NCBI RefSeq assembly: GCF_006345805.1
Contig: NC_043006.1
Location: forward strand, 31,062,001 to 31,126,000
Reading direction: 5' to 3'
DNA from: Octopus sinensis
Taxonomy: Eukaryota
Length of the DNA: 64,000 nucleotides
The notes below the pieces were generated by a model. It was given only the letters and a program-made list of their open reading frames with translations, had not been told where the DNA came from and searched no databases. Positions 1 to 12,699 of this stretch are shown piece by piece. The first letter of the stretch is position 1, and every line of letters begins with the position of its first letter. The position numbers and the translations under genes were made by a program.

Positions 1-359
1 GATTGTATTATTTTCTTCCCTTCAACAGTCTCAAGGAAAAGAAGCAAACTATTTTAAAAGACTCCCTATTTATTCTGTGATATGACCCAGTGAACACTCC
101 ACACGAGTTGAAGTGATCCAGTCAAGTAGGGAGATAATATATTGAAATAGCAGATTATTATAATACAGAGAGGCTTAGACACATTGAATCAGTAAGACCA
201 CCTAAGTCAGCAATTTGATTTCTGTGTCAAGTACTGTGTTTTGTGTATGATCAATGCACTTTCTGTGCCTCATAATTGTAAATATGGACCCCAACAGACT
301 AGAATGACTCACTTAGTTAAACATGACAAACTCTGAAAAAAAAAACCCAACAAATGTTC

Positions 360-1315
360 CTGATGCCTACAGTGTCCTCGGCCATATGCATCCCATGACC
401 ATACTAGCACAGTCATCTCTCTTGCACACCACATCTGATGCTTCTTATTCACAATTTTTCTCTAAAGACGCTGTCAGACATGCACACTGACATTGCACAT
501 CCAGCAGTGCATGCTACCTTCATTTCTTTCAAGCCTTTGCATGTCCTCTGCAGTCACAGCCCATATTTCACTGCCATGTAGTATGGCTGTCCACACTCAT
601 CATACAATCTGGCTTTCACTCTGAGGGAGACATCCTTTTTACCAACAAAGGTAGGACCAAAAGCTCTCTGAACTTTGCCCAGCCTATTCTTATTCTCATA
701 GCTACACTCTCAGAGCATCCCCCTCCACTGCTGACTTGACCACTTAAGTAACTGAAGCTATTTACTACTTCTTAGTATCCCTCTGGGTATTTGACAAAAT
801 CTATTTTCTGTACATTTTTAGTGTTTATTGTACCTATTTACCTGCCACACACAAAGACTACTTTGTTAACCTTCCTCTGATATTGCTGTACCGCTTAGGT
901 GTCTAAAGTTTGTACCAGGTACACCTTATCGAGTTTCCTACCTACACCTTTTTTACATGTCAAGCAAGGCCATCCATCTGAAGGGATTTGGGATTTGTCT
1001 GTTTTCTTATTTACTAAGACTTTGGTCTTTGCTAAATTAACCCTAAATCCCTTTCATTCCAGACCTTGCTTCCACACCTGAAATTTCTTCTCTAGTTCTG
1101 GTAGTGATTCAGCTATAAGAACAAGGTCATCAGCACAGAGGAGTTCCCAAGGGCAGCCCATCTTAAATTCCTCTGCTATAGCCTGGAGAACTATGATGAA
1201 CAAGATGGGGCTGAGAACCGATCCTTGGTGAACTCCTACCCTGAATTCACTACTATACTTGTTGCCAACTTTCACCCTGCTGACAGCATCCTTGTACATG
1301 ACTCATACAGCTCTC
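360..1315 (-). mobile_element. RTE-clade LINE fragment (RT domain and C-terminal region, degenerate)
   Basis: ORF 1054-1299 has GVHQGSVLSP...LLCADDLVLIAES (RT motifs, YADD degenerate to CADD). The downstream minus strand reads RIGWAKFREL / AILHGSEIWAVTAEDMQRLERNE-like sequence typical of RTE, with stops and frameshifts. Confidence 0.85.
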
Positions 1316-1417
1316 ACCAATACATACATACAAACACACAAACCTATATGCACGCACACACACACACACACACACAGAGTAAAACCCAGAGACAGAAACC
1401 ATTTTTCTTTGACTTAC

Positions 1418-1573
1418 CCTCAGTTTCTCTCCTGTCTTATGTTCTTTGGCTGGAACATAGACGACTTCTTGTACTTCATGTTCAGGACGATTAGAGTTTT
1501 TTCCAAAAATAATTTTGCCCGTTTCAGTAACTGGGGGTTGTGCAACAAATACATAACTAGCACACTCGGTCAT
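1418..1573 (-). CDS. SCRN: First coding exon of a secernin-family protein (peptidase C69 / Ntn-hydrolase-like): MTECASYVFVAQPPVTETGKIIFGKNSNRPEHEVQEVVYVPAKEHKTGEKLR
   Basis: The FVAxPP...IIFGKNSxR..EVQEVVY motif matches the secernin N-terminus as I recall it from SCRN1-3. ATG at 1573 has an AAAG context, a phase-0 GTAAGT donor at 1417-1412 follows 52 codons, and a candidate TTTCCAG acceptor lies at about 1597. The next exon (expected to start CTYI) is not in the window. Confidence 0.87.
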
Positions 1574-1719
1574 CTTTGAGGGGAACGGAATGATACCTGG
1601 AAATGGAGTTGAGAACTTACAGAACAGAGATACTGGTGGAATATGATTAGTGCAAATAATTCTACTAATTGTACTTTTTCTACTAATGGAGAACTTGGAT
1701 TGAAAAATATATTGTGTCT

Positions 1720-1980
1720 GTGGTAAGAAGTTTGTTTCCCAACCACATGATTCTGGGTTCAGTCCCACTGTGTGGTACCTTAGTCAAGTGTCTTCTACTA
1801 TAGCCTCACATATATGTGCATGTGTGTGTGTGTGTGTGTACCCCACCGTTGTTTGACAACTGGTATTGGTGTGTTTACATCCCTGTAACTTAACAGTTCA
1901 GTAAAATAGAATAAGAGCAAGGAGCAAGGTTTAAAAAAAATTAAGTCCTGGGATTGATTCACAGAACTAAAGAATTCTTC
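1720..1980 (+). mobile_element. tRNA-derived SINE with CORE-like segment (older copy)
   Basis: GGGTTCAGTCCCACTGTGTGGTACCTTAGTCAAGTGTCTTCTACTATAGCC head matches the younger copies at 31367-31757 and 55040-55453. Confidence 0.65.
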
Positions 1981-2001
1981 ATCTGCAGATTTTACTGTAT
2001 G

Positions 2002-2039
<38 letters not shown>

Positions 2040-2199
2040 CACACATGCCTGGTTATAGACTGACCAATAGTTTTGCATCCATAAAACACTTATATAGGCA
2101 AACAAACAGACAGATAGGTAAAATTAAAATTAACTCTTCAATAAGTTGCTTCCCTTGCAAAATACTATCCACTTGACAAACTAATGCCCTCCATCAATG

Positions 2200-2550
2200 A
2201 CTTTCTTCACATGATCTGACACATCCAATGAGAAGTGAGCTCATCTGCAGCGAATAGGGAACTGCCTCTCAAGCGAAATGCAACCAAGACTTCACTCATC
2301 CTGGACATCTGATTGGTTGGATGTGTGATGACATAGCAACGAAATTCTGAGCAATACCTGCCTGTGTCACAAACACTGCCCTGTCCCCTATATAAGAATG
2401 TGTTTCTAAGTAGTGACACTCAGGTCCCATACCTAAACAGTTTGATATGTAGAGCTCAATAAATAAATCAGTAAACTCATAATTCTTCTATGCTTTATTC
2501 CATCTTATTCTCTTTTATATTCTTATTATAATTTATGGTGCCAGGACACC
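2200..2550 (+). mobile_element. Possible solo or 5' LTR
   Basis: CTGATTGG, CTATATAAG and AATAAA occur in order, followed by TTTA|TGGTGCCAGGAC, which resembles an LTR end plus primer-binding site. No second copy or internal ORF is seen. Confidence 0.3.
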
Positions 2551-2774
2551 ATTTATGAATTCAAGGTCAAATAGCACGATGACCTTGGAGGCTCACACCC
2601 TGTCATGGGTTTCCATTCTGCCCCATCCTCCTATCCACCTTTCCCATTCTTATATGCCACTATAATTCTCTACCTTCACCAATATCCTGCCACCATTCTT
2701 GCTCACACTATTCTGATACATTTGTTTATTTACATATAAATTTATTGTTATTATTATTATTACTACTAATATTA

Positions 2775-3210
2775 AGGCAGTGAGCTGGTAGAATTGTTAG
2801 CGTGCTGGATGAAATGCTTAACAGTATTTCGCCTGTTGCTAGGTTCTGAGTTCAATTTCTGCCGAGGTCGACTTTGCCTTCCATCCTTTTGGGGTCGATA
2901 GATTAAGTACCAGTGGCACACTGGAGGTTATGTAATTGACTAGTCCCCTCCTCACGAATTTGAGGCCTTGCGCCTTTAGTAGAAAGGATTATTATTATTA
3001 TTAAGGCTGGCAGAATTGTTAGCATGCTGGTCAAAATGCTTAGCAGTATTTCATCTGTCTTTACATTCTGAGTTCAAATTTTGCTGTGGTCGACTTTGCT
3101 TTCATCCTTTTGGGGGTCAAAAAATCAAGTACCAGTTGAGTACTGGTGTCAATATAATTGACTCTCCCCCTCCCCCAAATTTCAGGCCTTGTGTCAACAG
3201 TAGAAAGGGT
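2775..3210 (+). mobile_element. Two adjacent tRNA-headed SINEs with Meta-like central domain
   Basis: Both carry AAGGC-GTGAGCTGG head, GTTCTGAGTTCAAAT box and GTCGACTTTGC..CATCC TTT.GGGGTC core, and end in (ATT)n tails. Confidence 0.7.
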
Positions 3211-4624
3211 TATTATTATTATTATTATTATTGTTTTCATTCTTTTCAGCAATGAGTTCTTTCCTACAGTTTATTTATTCTTTTATTTAGCCGCCCTTTT
3301 CCCTTCTTTTCCTCCTCCTCACTCTCCTCTCTTCTATTTCCTCCCTATAAATATTCTCCCCCTCCTAGCCATGTCCTCTCCCTATCTAGTAAGCAATTTA
3401 AACAGTCCCAACCATATACAGAGTGTGAATTCCACAAATTTGCTCATATTTTGATATATTTTAACTGAGAAAGATCTTGCGTAAGAGATGAAATTCCCTT
3501 TTTATCTATTGAGCAATGACCTGAAACACACGTATTAAATGCATTCAAAATATCACTACTTGGTTTCAATTCTTTATTATAACATTATACAACTCCTTGC
3601 TAGTGCAAGCTCACCATTCCTAATTCCATCTACATGGATGCTATGACAAGAATTCAGAGTGGTTCATTCCATTCAACTTGAATTGGAAATTCTGCTAATG
3701 TGCACTGCTTCTAAGCTTAACACAAAATATATGCATAACACACTTATGCATATACATTTGTATCATTTACTCATACACACACATGAAGAAATATTTATAT
3801 ATTTAGAAATGCATATGCACAACACACACACATTCAGTATGTATATATTCACATATATAAATTTGTATATACACACACACATATATATATATTATATATA
3901 AACATGTAAACATACATTGTATACACATACACACACACACACACTTGTACATGTGTGATTGTGCATGTTTACGGATTTGTAATTCTAAGTAACCATTATA
4001 TTTTCTTGTCTTTCTTCAAGTAAAATGTCAATTTGTAGTCAACTTTAGCCTGGATTCCTCTAGCCGTCAGGTTGAATGTCAAAATGGTCTTTGGACTGTG
4101 AATAAGAGAAATCTTCTCATTGAAACAGAAACTAATGCTATAATATAATCTCTGGTGCTGCTGAAGTGTAATGTCGTCTCCAAAAGAATTGGAATGCAAT
4201 GGTTGGAATTTAGTTCCAGATTATTGATAATAGGAACATGAATTATGAAGTGGAAATCCTCCAATATCTATCTATCTATTTGTCTACCTATCTGTCTGTC
4301 TATCTATCTATCTGTCTATCTATCTGTCTGTCTATCTGTCTGTCTATCTGTCTGTCTGTCCATCTATCTATCTCTCCCCCTCCCTCTCTCTCTACGTATA
4401 TCTCTCTCCCTCTTCTCTCTCGCTAAGGAATATAAGCAAACAGATGTGCTGCTGCTGCCACCATTTGGAGTTCTTGTCTTCCTCTCAAAGAAGCATCTCA
4501 CTTTTTGTGTTTTGGCATGTTTTTGGTTGGATGCTTTCCCACTCACCAACACCTTTGCAGCATAAACTGGGTACATCCTTTTATAGACAAGAGAGGTTGT
4601 TATGTCTGAGACAACTCTCCAGAT

Positions 4625-4919
4625 CAGTGGTTCTCAACCAGGGTATATATAAGATTTTATTGTTAAAAAGGTTTTGTTAATATTCCTAGACTTCACAAAA
4701 TATTTCAAATATTTTTTTTTACAATTCCTAATAATAATAATATTTTCGTTCCAGCACACAATCTCAGATCAGGTCACTTGCTATGCAAGTACATCTCCGT
4801 AATAATATTTAATTATAAAAGTACAACAGGATTTTTTTTATATGCATCAAATGGCTATGGAGGTCCAGTATAACAGGAATGAAAGGGGTCCACAGACAAA
4901 GAATAGTTGAGAACCACTG
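4625..4919. mobile_element. hAT (Charlie-like) MITE
   Basis: Terminal inverted repeats CAGTGGTTCTCAAC / GTTGAGAACCACTG, with a degenerate 8-bp flank match (CTCCAGAT / TTCCAGGC). Confidence 0.7.
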
Positions 4920-5060
4920 TTCCAGGCCCATGTTAACATCACTTGATCAACATACATACTGTTGGTGCCATGATCAAATCCACATGGGTAGATTTGATTA
5001 TGGCACCAACAGTAATGGCATTACATTGTACCCCTCATAATTACTAAGTCCTCACTAATC

Positions 5061-5233
5061 TATGAGGGGGTGCCGAAGAGTTCCTGGCTTTAAGGGTATC
5101 ATGAAAGGCCTGGTTGGAAGCCCAACCTTTTGAGTTCCTTTACAAGGCTTAGAAAAATTGAAGGACTGCTGCAATAAGTGTGTGAATCTGTGAGGGGAAA
5201 ATGTTGAATAAAATCATAATTAAATGATCCACC
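5061..5233 (+). mobile_element. Short non-autonomous mariner-like element, right end truncated
   Basis: Starts with a mariner-type TIR (TATGAGGGGGTGCCGAAGAGTTCCTGGC) and includes the transposase C-terminal tail (CNKCVNL.GENVE*). Confidence 0.5.
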
Positions 5234-5239
5234 AGAAGA

Positions 5240-6280
5240 GAAAGTCAAGCTAGGGCAGTTGTTCTTGATATCTCTAAGGCATTTGATAGGGTTTGGTATG
5301 CTGGAATTCTATGGAAGCTCCAATCCTTTGGTGTGTCAGGTTTCATGCTGAACATCATCTCCACTTTCCTTTATGACCGTAGGATCAAGGTTGTTCTTGA
5401 TGGTCAATCTTCATCTAGTTTTTCTATTAACACTGTCCTTGGCCCAACTCCCTTTCTTCTTTTTATCAATGATCTGCCTGATCATATCACCTGTCAGCTA
5501 GTAATCTCTGCTGATGACTCTACTTTGTACTCTTGTTTGGACAAATCTGATGACTTGTCTGATAAGGTTGAGATCGCTGCTAATCTTGATAATGATCTTC
5601 GATCTAATGTTGAGTGGGGTAGGAAATGGCTTGTAATGTTCGATCCATCGGAAACTAAAATTCTCTCAATTAATCACTTCAGACATCCTTTCTTGCCATC
5701 GGTTTCGATGGATGGTATTGACTTACCTGTGAGACGTTCCTTTGTCCCCTAGGAGTGACTTTCTGTAATGATTTTCCTTTGAGGACTTACATTGAACCTA
5801 TTGCCAAATCAGCTGCAATGAAGGTAGGCTCACTCCTTCGTTCAAGGAGTTATCTCACTCCTGAGATTATTCTTTATCTTTATAAGTGCAGCATTCGCCC
5901 CTGCATTGAGTACTGTTGTCACATATGGGCAGGTGCTTCTGCAGATTGTTTAACTCTGTTGGACAACATTCAATGCCATATTTGTAATGTTTTGGGTCCT
6001 GATCTATCTTCTAAATTGGATTCACTCTCTCATCATTGTCATGTGGCTTCCTTGTCTCTTTTCTGTAAGTATTTCCATGGACATTGTTCAGCTGAGCTCT
6101 TTTCTCCAGTTCCTCCTTTAAGAACTTATCAGCAATCAACTAGACTTGCAACCAGTTCTCATCAGTATACTGTCCAGCCTCCTAAGTGTCATAAAGTACT
6201 TTACAGAACCAGTTTCTTTCCTCGCACCTCTGAACTTTGGAATTCCCTTTCCATACTCGTTTTCCTCTTCAATATGACCT
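5240..6280 (+). mobile_element. CR1/Jockey-group LINE, 5'-truncated RT plus C-terminus
   Basis: DISKAFDRVWYAGILWKL, VLGPTPFLLFINDLPD, ISADDSTLY, IRPCIEYCCHIWAG and SFFPRTSELWNSL; ORFs 5333-5752 and 5755-6297. Confidence 0.88.
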
Positions 6281-6530
6281 CCAGCATTCCCCGCTGATTG
6301 GAAGGCAGGCAGGCCAACATTCTCCCTGACTGGAAGGCAAAAAGGCCAGCATTTCCCCCTGATCAGAAGGCAAGCAGGCCAGCATTCTCCCCGATTGGAA
6401 GGCAAGAATGCCAGCATTCCCCCTTGATCGGAGGGAGGCAGGCCAACATTCCCCCTTGATTGGAAGGCAGAAAGGCCAGCATCCCTCCAATCAGAAGGCA
6501 AGCAGGCCAGCATTCCACACTGACCAGAAG
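6281..6530. repeat. Minisatellite, about 33-bp unit, about 7 copies
   Basis: Recurring CCAGCATTCCCC..TGATTGGAAGGCAGGCAGG-like unit. Confidence 0.85.
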
Positions 6531-6539
6531 CCCAATCCA

Positions 6540-6950
6540 TTGCAGGGGTCACCCACGTACAGCTGAATGGACAGGAGCGATGTGAAATGAAGTGTTTTTG
6601 GCCAAGAAAACAAAGTACCACCTGGTCCAGGAACTGAACCCATAATCTAGTGATCATGAGTGCATCACCCTGACCACTAGGCTACACACCTTCACACAAC
6701 ACTTAACACACACACACATATCATCACCATCATCATTTAGCATATGCCTTTCCATGCTGGTATGGGTTAGACTGGAACTAGTAAGTCGGAGAGCTGCACC
6801 AGGTTCCATTTGGATTTGGTTTCTACAGCTGGATGCTCTTCCTGGTGCCAACCAATCCAAGAGTGTAGTGGGTGCCTTTTACATGTCACTAGCTAGACTG
6901 CTTTCACATGCCACTGGCACAGATGCTGTACTGTGGCACTAGCACTGGCC
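6540..6950 (-). mobile_element. Two SINE fragments (tRNA/CORE-like head, and a SINE with RTE-like (GAT)n tail)
   Basis: Reverse complement of a GGTTCAGTTCCTGG...TTTTCTTGGCCAAAAACACTTCATTTCAC head. The CCATGCTGG..TGGGTT / GGATGCTCTTCCTGGTGCCAACC body is also seen at 8830-9015 (+). Confidence 0.55.
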
Positions 6951-6991
6951 ACAACTTTATAATATACATACAGAACCACACTAATGGCTTA

Positions 6992-8414
6992 GGAGTGAAA
7001 TTTAGGATTTCTTGGTTTTCTGTGAATCAATTTTGGTAAAACTTTTCCCAGCCGGTTTGCATTCTACAGCAAAACCATTGTTATCTTTCCATTATTCTGT
7101 GTAACATCCTTTCTTTTTCATTTCAGATTCTTCAGATTTTTGGGGTGGATCACACGAATAGCTTTTGAATGAAAATATCCCATCAAGACATTTTTTTCAG
7201 AAAATGAAGAATAATGATACATATTAAGCATACATTGAGTATATATTTAACAGAAAGCCATAATAATATTACAACATTTATTGACATAATTTAGCCACAT
7301 GAGCGCCATTTTGATGGATAACTTCAAAAACCCTATTAGTCATGGAATCTGTCAATTTCTTAATAGTAGCAGGTTTGACTGCTTCTGCTGCAGCTTTGAT
7401 GGTCGCCCATAAGACATCTTTTGACATAAATTGGTGTCCATCGACATAAACATCTTGTTTAATGATGGAATGAAGATTTTCGATAGGGCTGAGATACTGG
7501 TGGCCACACCATCAACCTTTCACCTTGTATGCTGTAAGACCCTAGGAATGTTTGGGTGGTCCTAGCAGAGTGGGAGGGAGCATTGTCATGCATGAATACG
7601 AGATTCCTTAGAAGTGACAGCGGTGTGTCTTGTAGCCAGGGATCCAAGACCGCTTTTGGGAGAAAGTAGTAGGTGGCTGCAGTCACTTTACTCTCTTTAG
7701 GCACTCTGACTGGGTCAACAAGTCTATCCCCAATGATACCAGCCCACAACATGACCCCTCCACTCTGTTGTTGATCTCGTAAATGTTGCTGATGCTTATC
7801 TCTAAAACAGACCCAACCATATGCCCAACCATCAGGTCCATCAAGGGTTGCCCTGGTTTAATCAGTGAATAGAACACAACTCATAGTCTAACGTCATCTA
7901 CTTTTGGGGCTATTGAAGCCTCAAAGGATGCGATTTCTTGGGGTTTTCGGTACATGAGGAAGTCTGGAGGTGGTGAAAATGGCTTTGCTTGTTTGTCTAG
8001 GTTTCCCACATAACTTGCAACCAATATTTCTTAAATCACTAGTCGTCACAGTCTTGGAGGTCCCACAATCAGATCATTTCTTCCTTGGCAAAGGGCCCTT
8101 CAGAAATCATCTAACCATGTCCATATGATGACCTAACTTCTCTGCAATGACATGAAGAGAAGTGCCTTTAGCACTTTCTTTGATGATGACAAACTTTTCT
8201 TCATCATTAAGGCTATTTCTGCATCCTATTGTTCTTAGAGAGGAGAGAGGCTATTAGAGTGGTTCACCCCAAAACTGAAGAATTTGAAATAAAAAAGGAC
8301 GTTACACAGAATAATGAAAACATAACAATGGTGTTGCCATTGTGTCCAAAACAGTTGGGAAAAGTTTTATCAAAATCAATCCATAGAAAACCGAGAAATC
8401 CAAAATTTCACTCC
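6992..8414 (-). mobile_element. Tc1-like DNA transposon, degenerate
   Basis: ORF 7459-7752 has MLWAGIIG...FMHDNAPSHSA...MVWPP (Tc1 DDE region). About 55-bp inverted repeats lie at about 6992-7047 and 8360-8414 (GGAGTGAAATTT...AAAACTTTT). Confidence 0.85.
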
Positions 8415-8829
8415 TATATACCTGGTCCTGGGTGTAAATATAGATCTCCTGTATTATTATTTACTATTATTATCCTGTCACTGTCTTCTCTCTCTTCAGC
8501 ACCATTCCTCAACTCATCATTGGTCTTCCATCAATCCCTATATACACCCTTCATTCCTATCTAACCTTTAAAGCTGCTGCCTACCCACCCACACTCCTAG
8601 TTCCACTGTCCCAGCACATTCACCTCATACATTGAAGAGACTTGCAACTCATTCTTGCCTTCTTCTTTCCTCAAGGTGAATAACCATACGGCTCCTCTTT
8701 ACAAGAACCTGCTTGCCCTTCCCTTCTGCCCTCCTCCCATACTCCATACCCTCATTTCCTCCCATAAATGCTGCCCAACCCCCTCCAAAGTTTTACTTTC
8801 TTACAGGCTGCATGGCAAATTCATTAGTG

Positions 8830-9300
8830 CCAGTGACACTAAGAAAGCACCCATTCCATGCTGCAAGGTGACTGGCATTAGGAAGAGCATCGTCCAGCTT
8901 TAGAAACGATACCAAAGCAGACACTGGAGTGTGATGTGGTCCTTGGATGCATCAGGATTGGTCAACACATACAACCCATGCCAGCATGGAAAAACGGACG
9001 TAAAATGATGATATATACACAGGCGTGTGTTTACCCACACGGGTGGAGGGGTGGGTGTTTAAGAGGTTTGTTTCCTACCCACAAACTTTTGGGTTCAGCC
9101 CCTTGGTGTGGTACCTTGGGCAAGCGTTTTCTTTTACAACCCCAAGCTGACGAATGCCTTGTGAGGTGATTTGGCAGACGGAAAAGAAATAAGCCTGTTC
9201 TGTGTGTGTGTGTGTTACTGTCTCCTTGCCTTGTCATCACTTGATAGTTGTAAAGGAGTGTCATCATGATGCAGGCGGTGTTCTTCATTTCCAAACTTTC
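8830..9300 (+). mobile_element. SINE cluster (RTE-tail SINE followed by a CORE-like SINE)
   Basis: GGCATTAGGAAGAGCATCGTCCAGC...CCATGCCAGCATGGAAAACGGACGTAAAATGATGAT, then GGGTTCAGCCCCTTGGTGTGGTACCTTGGGCAAG. Confidence 0.55.
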
Positions 9301-11656
9301 GTGAAAGCATGTCTGGTCATGGGAAACTATAACCGTATTTGGAAACAGAAGCTAGGCGACAGGAAGGGTACATAGAGAATCCGTACATAGAGAATCTTCC
9401 ACAACAAATTCCAATTGATCCATACGAACATGAAAAGGTGGACGTTAAAACGATGACATACACACAGTCACAGCTGTGTCTGTATATGACATAATGATGT
9501 GTATATAGTTGGATGTAAATATATATAAATATGTGCATATGTGTGTGTGTGTGTGTCACCTTTTACGTATCATCACTTGCAGTCCAAGTTGAAAAGCAAG
9601 ACTCTTAGAATATATCACTCCATGACTGCTTGTGTTTGTATGCTTAACGTGCTCTAAAATGCACGCGGAACATACACGCAAATATACTTACATACATTAA
9701 TCCGACAAGTAGATAAGCCCATAAACCTTATTGTAAATCCTTATAAAATGAAAAAATAAAAAATAAAATATTTTGAAGTATAGAATAATTATTTTCCCCA
9801 GTAAGATAGATGTCAGGAGTGTATGTATACAAATGTGTGTTAGGAACGTTCTTTAAATACCTTTAGGGGACATCGACCCCAAGTCGATCGATCAAACCCG
9901 TTATCGAAGTAATTACCAGTCAAAACTAACCGTTGTTTTCTTTAAGACATAGTGTAGCAACTAGAATTCATCTCTGCCTTGTTTTCTTTAAGGTGGTAGG
10001 ATTAAGGTACTGTTTGAGGGAAATTTGGCTGTTATTTTTTAGCAAATCAACTCCTTAGAAGCTTCCTTGTTGGTACGCTCGTGCGAGTATATATAGGATT
10101 TAAATGTATATACACGGTTTGTCTACATACCGCCAGAAGGCGAGCTAAGTAGGGGGCACCTCCGTAACCAGTTGAAATAACTATTAGGTCTCCCTCAAAT
10201 CTCACTTTTCCGCCTTAAAAAAATGAAGGACGCATTAATGCAATGTCGTCCTGGATTAAAAAATAAACAACAAAAAACTGTGCGAACAGTGTCTGACCAA
10301 GGGTTAAACAACAATGCGAACAAAGGAGGAAGCATCTGCGTGGTTGTTCGATCTGCTAAAATAATACCCAAATCTCCCTCAGTTTTCATTTATCTCTTTT
10401 AAAAAAGGATACATTGGTTATTGTAGTCTCAAACGCATTATGTTTGATGATAGATTAGCTGAATTGGGGCTGATCGGGGTTGATCTAGACTTCAACAATA
10501 TTAACAACAGTCGTAAACCTACTCAGGTCAATTACTCTCTACCGGTCCCGTCTCCAATTATGTCATCTACGTTACATTTGTACATAATATTTCATTGTGT
10601 TTGTGAGATATTAGCACTCACTAGCAAAGGTACCGATCAGAAATCGGGGCACGGTCGATTTGCGAACTTTCGACTTGTCTCTCTCTTTCTCTGTGCGTAT
10701 ATATTCTGAGATGAAGGAAGAATACATATACACGCACACACGCGCGCATCCAATGTATGTATTTCTGCGATAGTTTGATGTGGATATATATACATAACAA
10801 ATTATTATGTTGGTTAGTGTACATTTATGTGTGTGTGTACAATGTATATTTCAATGACGAGGATTAAATTAATACAATTAATACAGCGACGAATAATTAT
10901 AAGTGTGTTATCATAAATATACAATCTTATACGCACAACATGTCCATTGGAGTGTGTGTAAATATACCTTGTACACACCCACCTACAGAGCGATGTTTTA
11001 TATACAAACACATTCATGAAATACACATCAACACCCAAACAGAATCATATACAAAAATTCATTCCAAAAGTATATTTGCATCAACATATACATATATAAC
11101 ATGCATACCTAGATATTTGTGCGTGCGGCGTGTTTGTATATATATATATATGTATGCATATATATATAGAGAGAGACATGCACACGGAAATGCAAGAAGC
11201 CGATAGGTAGGATGTTCTGGAATAGTTGTCTTATAATGGTCGGATACTTTAATGAATGTGGATGAATGATAGACAGAGAGATAGATAAGTTAAATAGATA
11301 GATATGTTCGCAGTAGGTTTTTAAGAGCAGGTCAGCGCTGATAGAGCGGGAGGCCGATCACCATATACGTTCCAACCATGACTAACTTGTCTTTTTGTAT
11401 ATTCAGGACTACAATGTCCAATGTGTCCCCCACTACCTTTATTTTTAAGATGGTAGGGTGTTATTTTGAGGGAAATATGGTTTAGCCTAGAGTTTCCCTT
11501 GTTAGTTTGTATACCCGTTAGAAGACAGTAAAAAAGCTGGTTGGATTAATATGTCAAAAGGTAAGAGAGATGGATAAAAAGAAAGTGGTAAGTACAAGAT
11601 ATAGACAGAAAATATAGATAGAAAGGAGGATGATAGAAAAGAGAAATAAATATATG

Positions 11657-11687
<31 letters not shown>

Positions 11688-12640
11688 GGATGGATGGGTA
11701 GAGAGATAGAGATGAAATAAAAAAAAATGTTTGGTGGACGAACAGTGCTTATAATGGTATTCATTTTAGATTTGTTTATCTAGGATTAATAATATTGATA
11801 ATTATATTTAGAAACATGACGAATGTGATTGATTTACCTTAAGAAGAAGAGTAAGACGGTCGGACAAATAGTCGGCAATGAAGTGGTTGACTTGAATGAA
11901 TGAATGGGATATTTGCACGGTACACGGAACAACCACCTGACAACGTTGATACGGCGTGGATATGATGGTGAGACTGGGATAGAAGTGGTTGGGGGAAGAG
12001 GAAGAGAGGGGGAGAGAGCGAGATAAGTGAGAGAGGGAGGGAGATAGAGAACAATTTTTTAAAATATTAAAATAGAGGTAGGAGTGAGAGTAGGAGAAGG
12101 AGCAGCAATTATCGGAGTAGGAGTAGGAGAAGCTTTTAGTGCAAGAGGAGTAGGAGTAGGAGAAGTAAACAAACGGTCATCGGAAAGAAAACGAAAGGAA
12201 TGGGTATGGCTGAGTTGGTATTAAGGGAAATGAAAATAGTTCGACATATATGGGGCTGCCCCCAACGAAACTTATTTTATATAAATTTTTATGTTAACTT
12301 TATTCACAATACATAACACCCATTGTCATTGTACCTTATAAGATATGTCTGGTCATGTCTACATCACAAAAATAATAACACGAAACGGGGAAATAAATGA
12401 GCGGAAAATTTAATTTCGGTTTTCGTGAAGTTTCAATTAACCACATTCAAAATTAATTTCTGTTTGGATTTTGGTGATGTTTCTGGCAGTTTTGCAGATT
12501 TTCTCAGATTCTCAACAATTTATTAACGTCAGACCTAGGACTATCATTGCATTTACGAAACGAAAACACTTAAAACATCACACAATTACACAATATTTGT
12601 AAAGCACAGAAGGTATTTGTGTGTGTGTGAGTGAGTGTGT

Positions 12641-12697
<57 letters not shown>

Positions 12698-12699
<2 letters not shown>

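Noticed and set aside
1574-1768. N-terminal extension of the 171-aa ORF 1253-1768
   Set aside because: It begins inside a SINE and crosses a likely splice acceptor. Only 1573-1418 matches secernin.
6281-6530. CRISPR-like array
   Set aside because: The units are contiguous with no unique spacers, the context is eukaryotic, and there are no cas genes.
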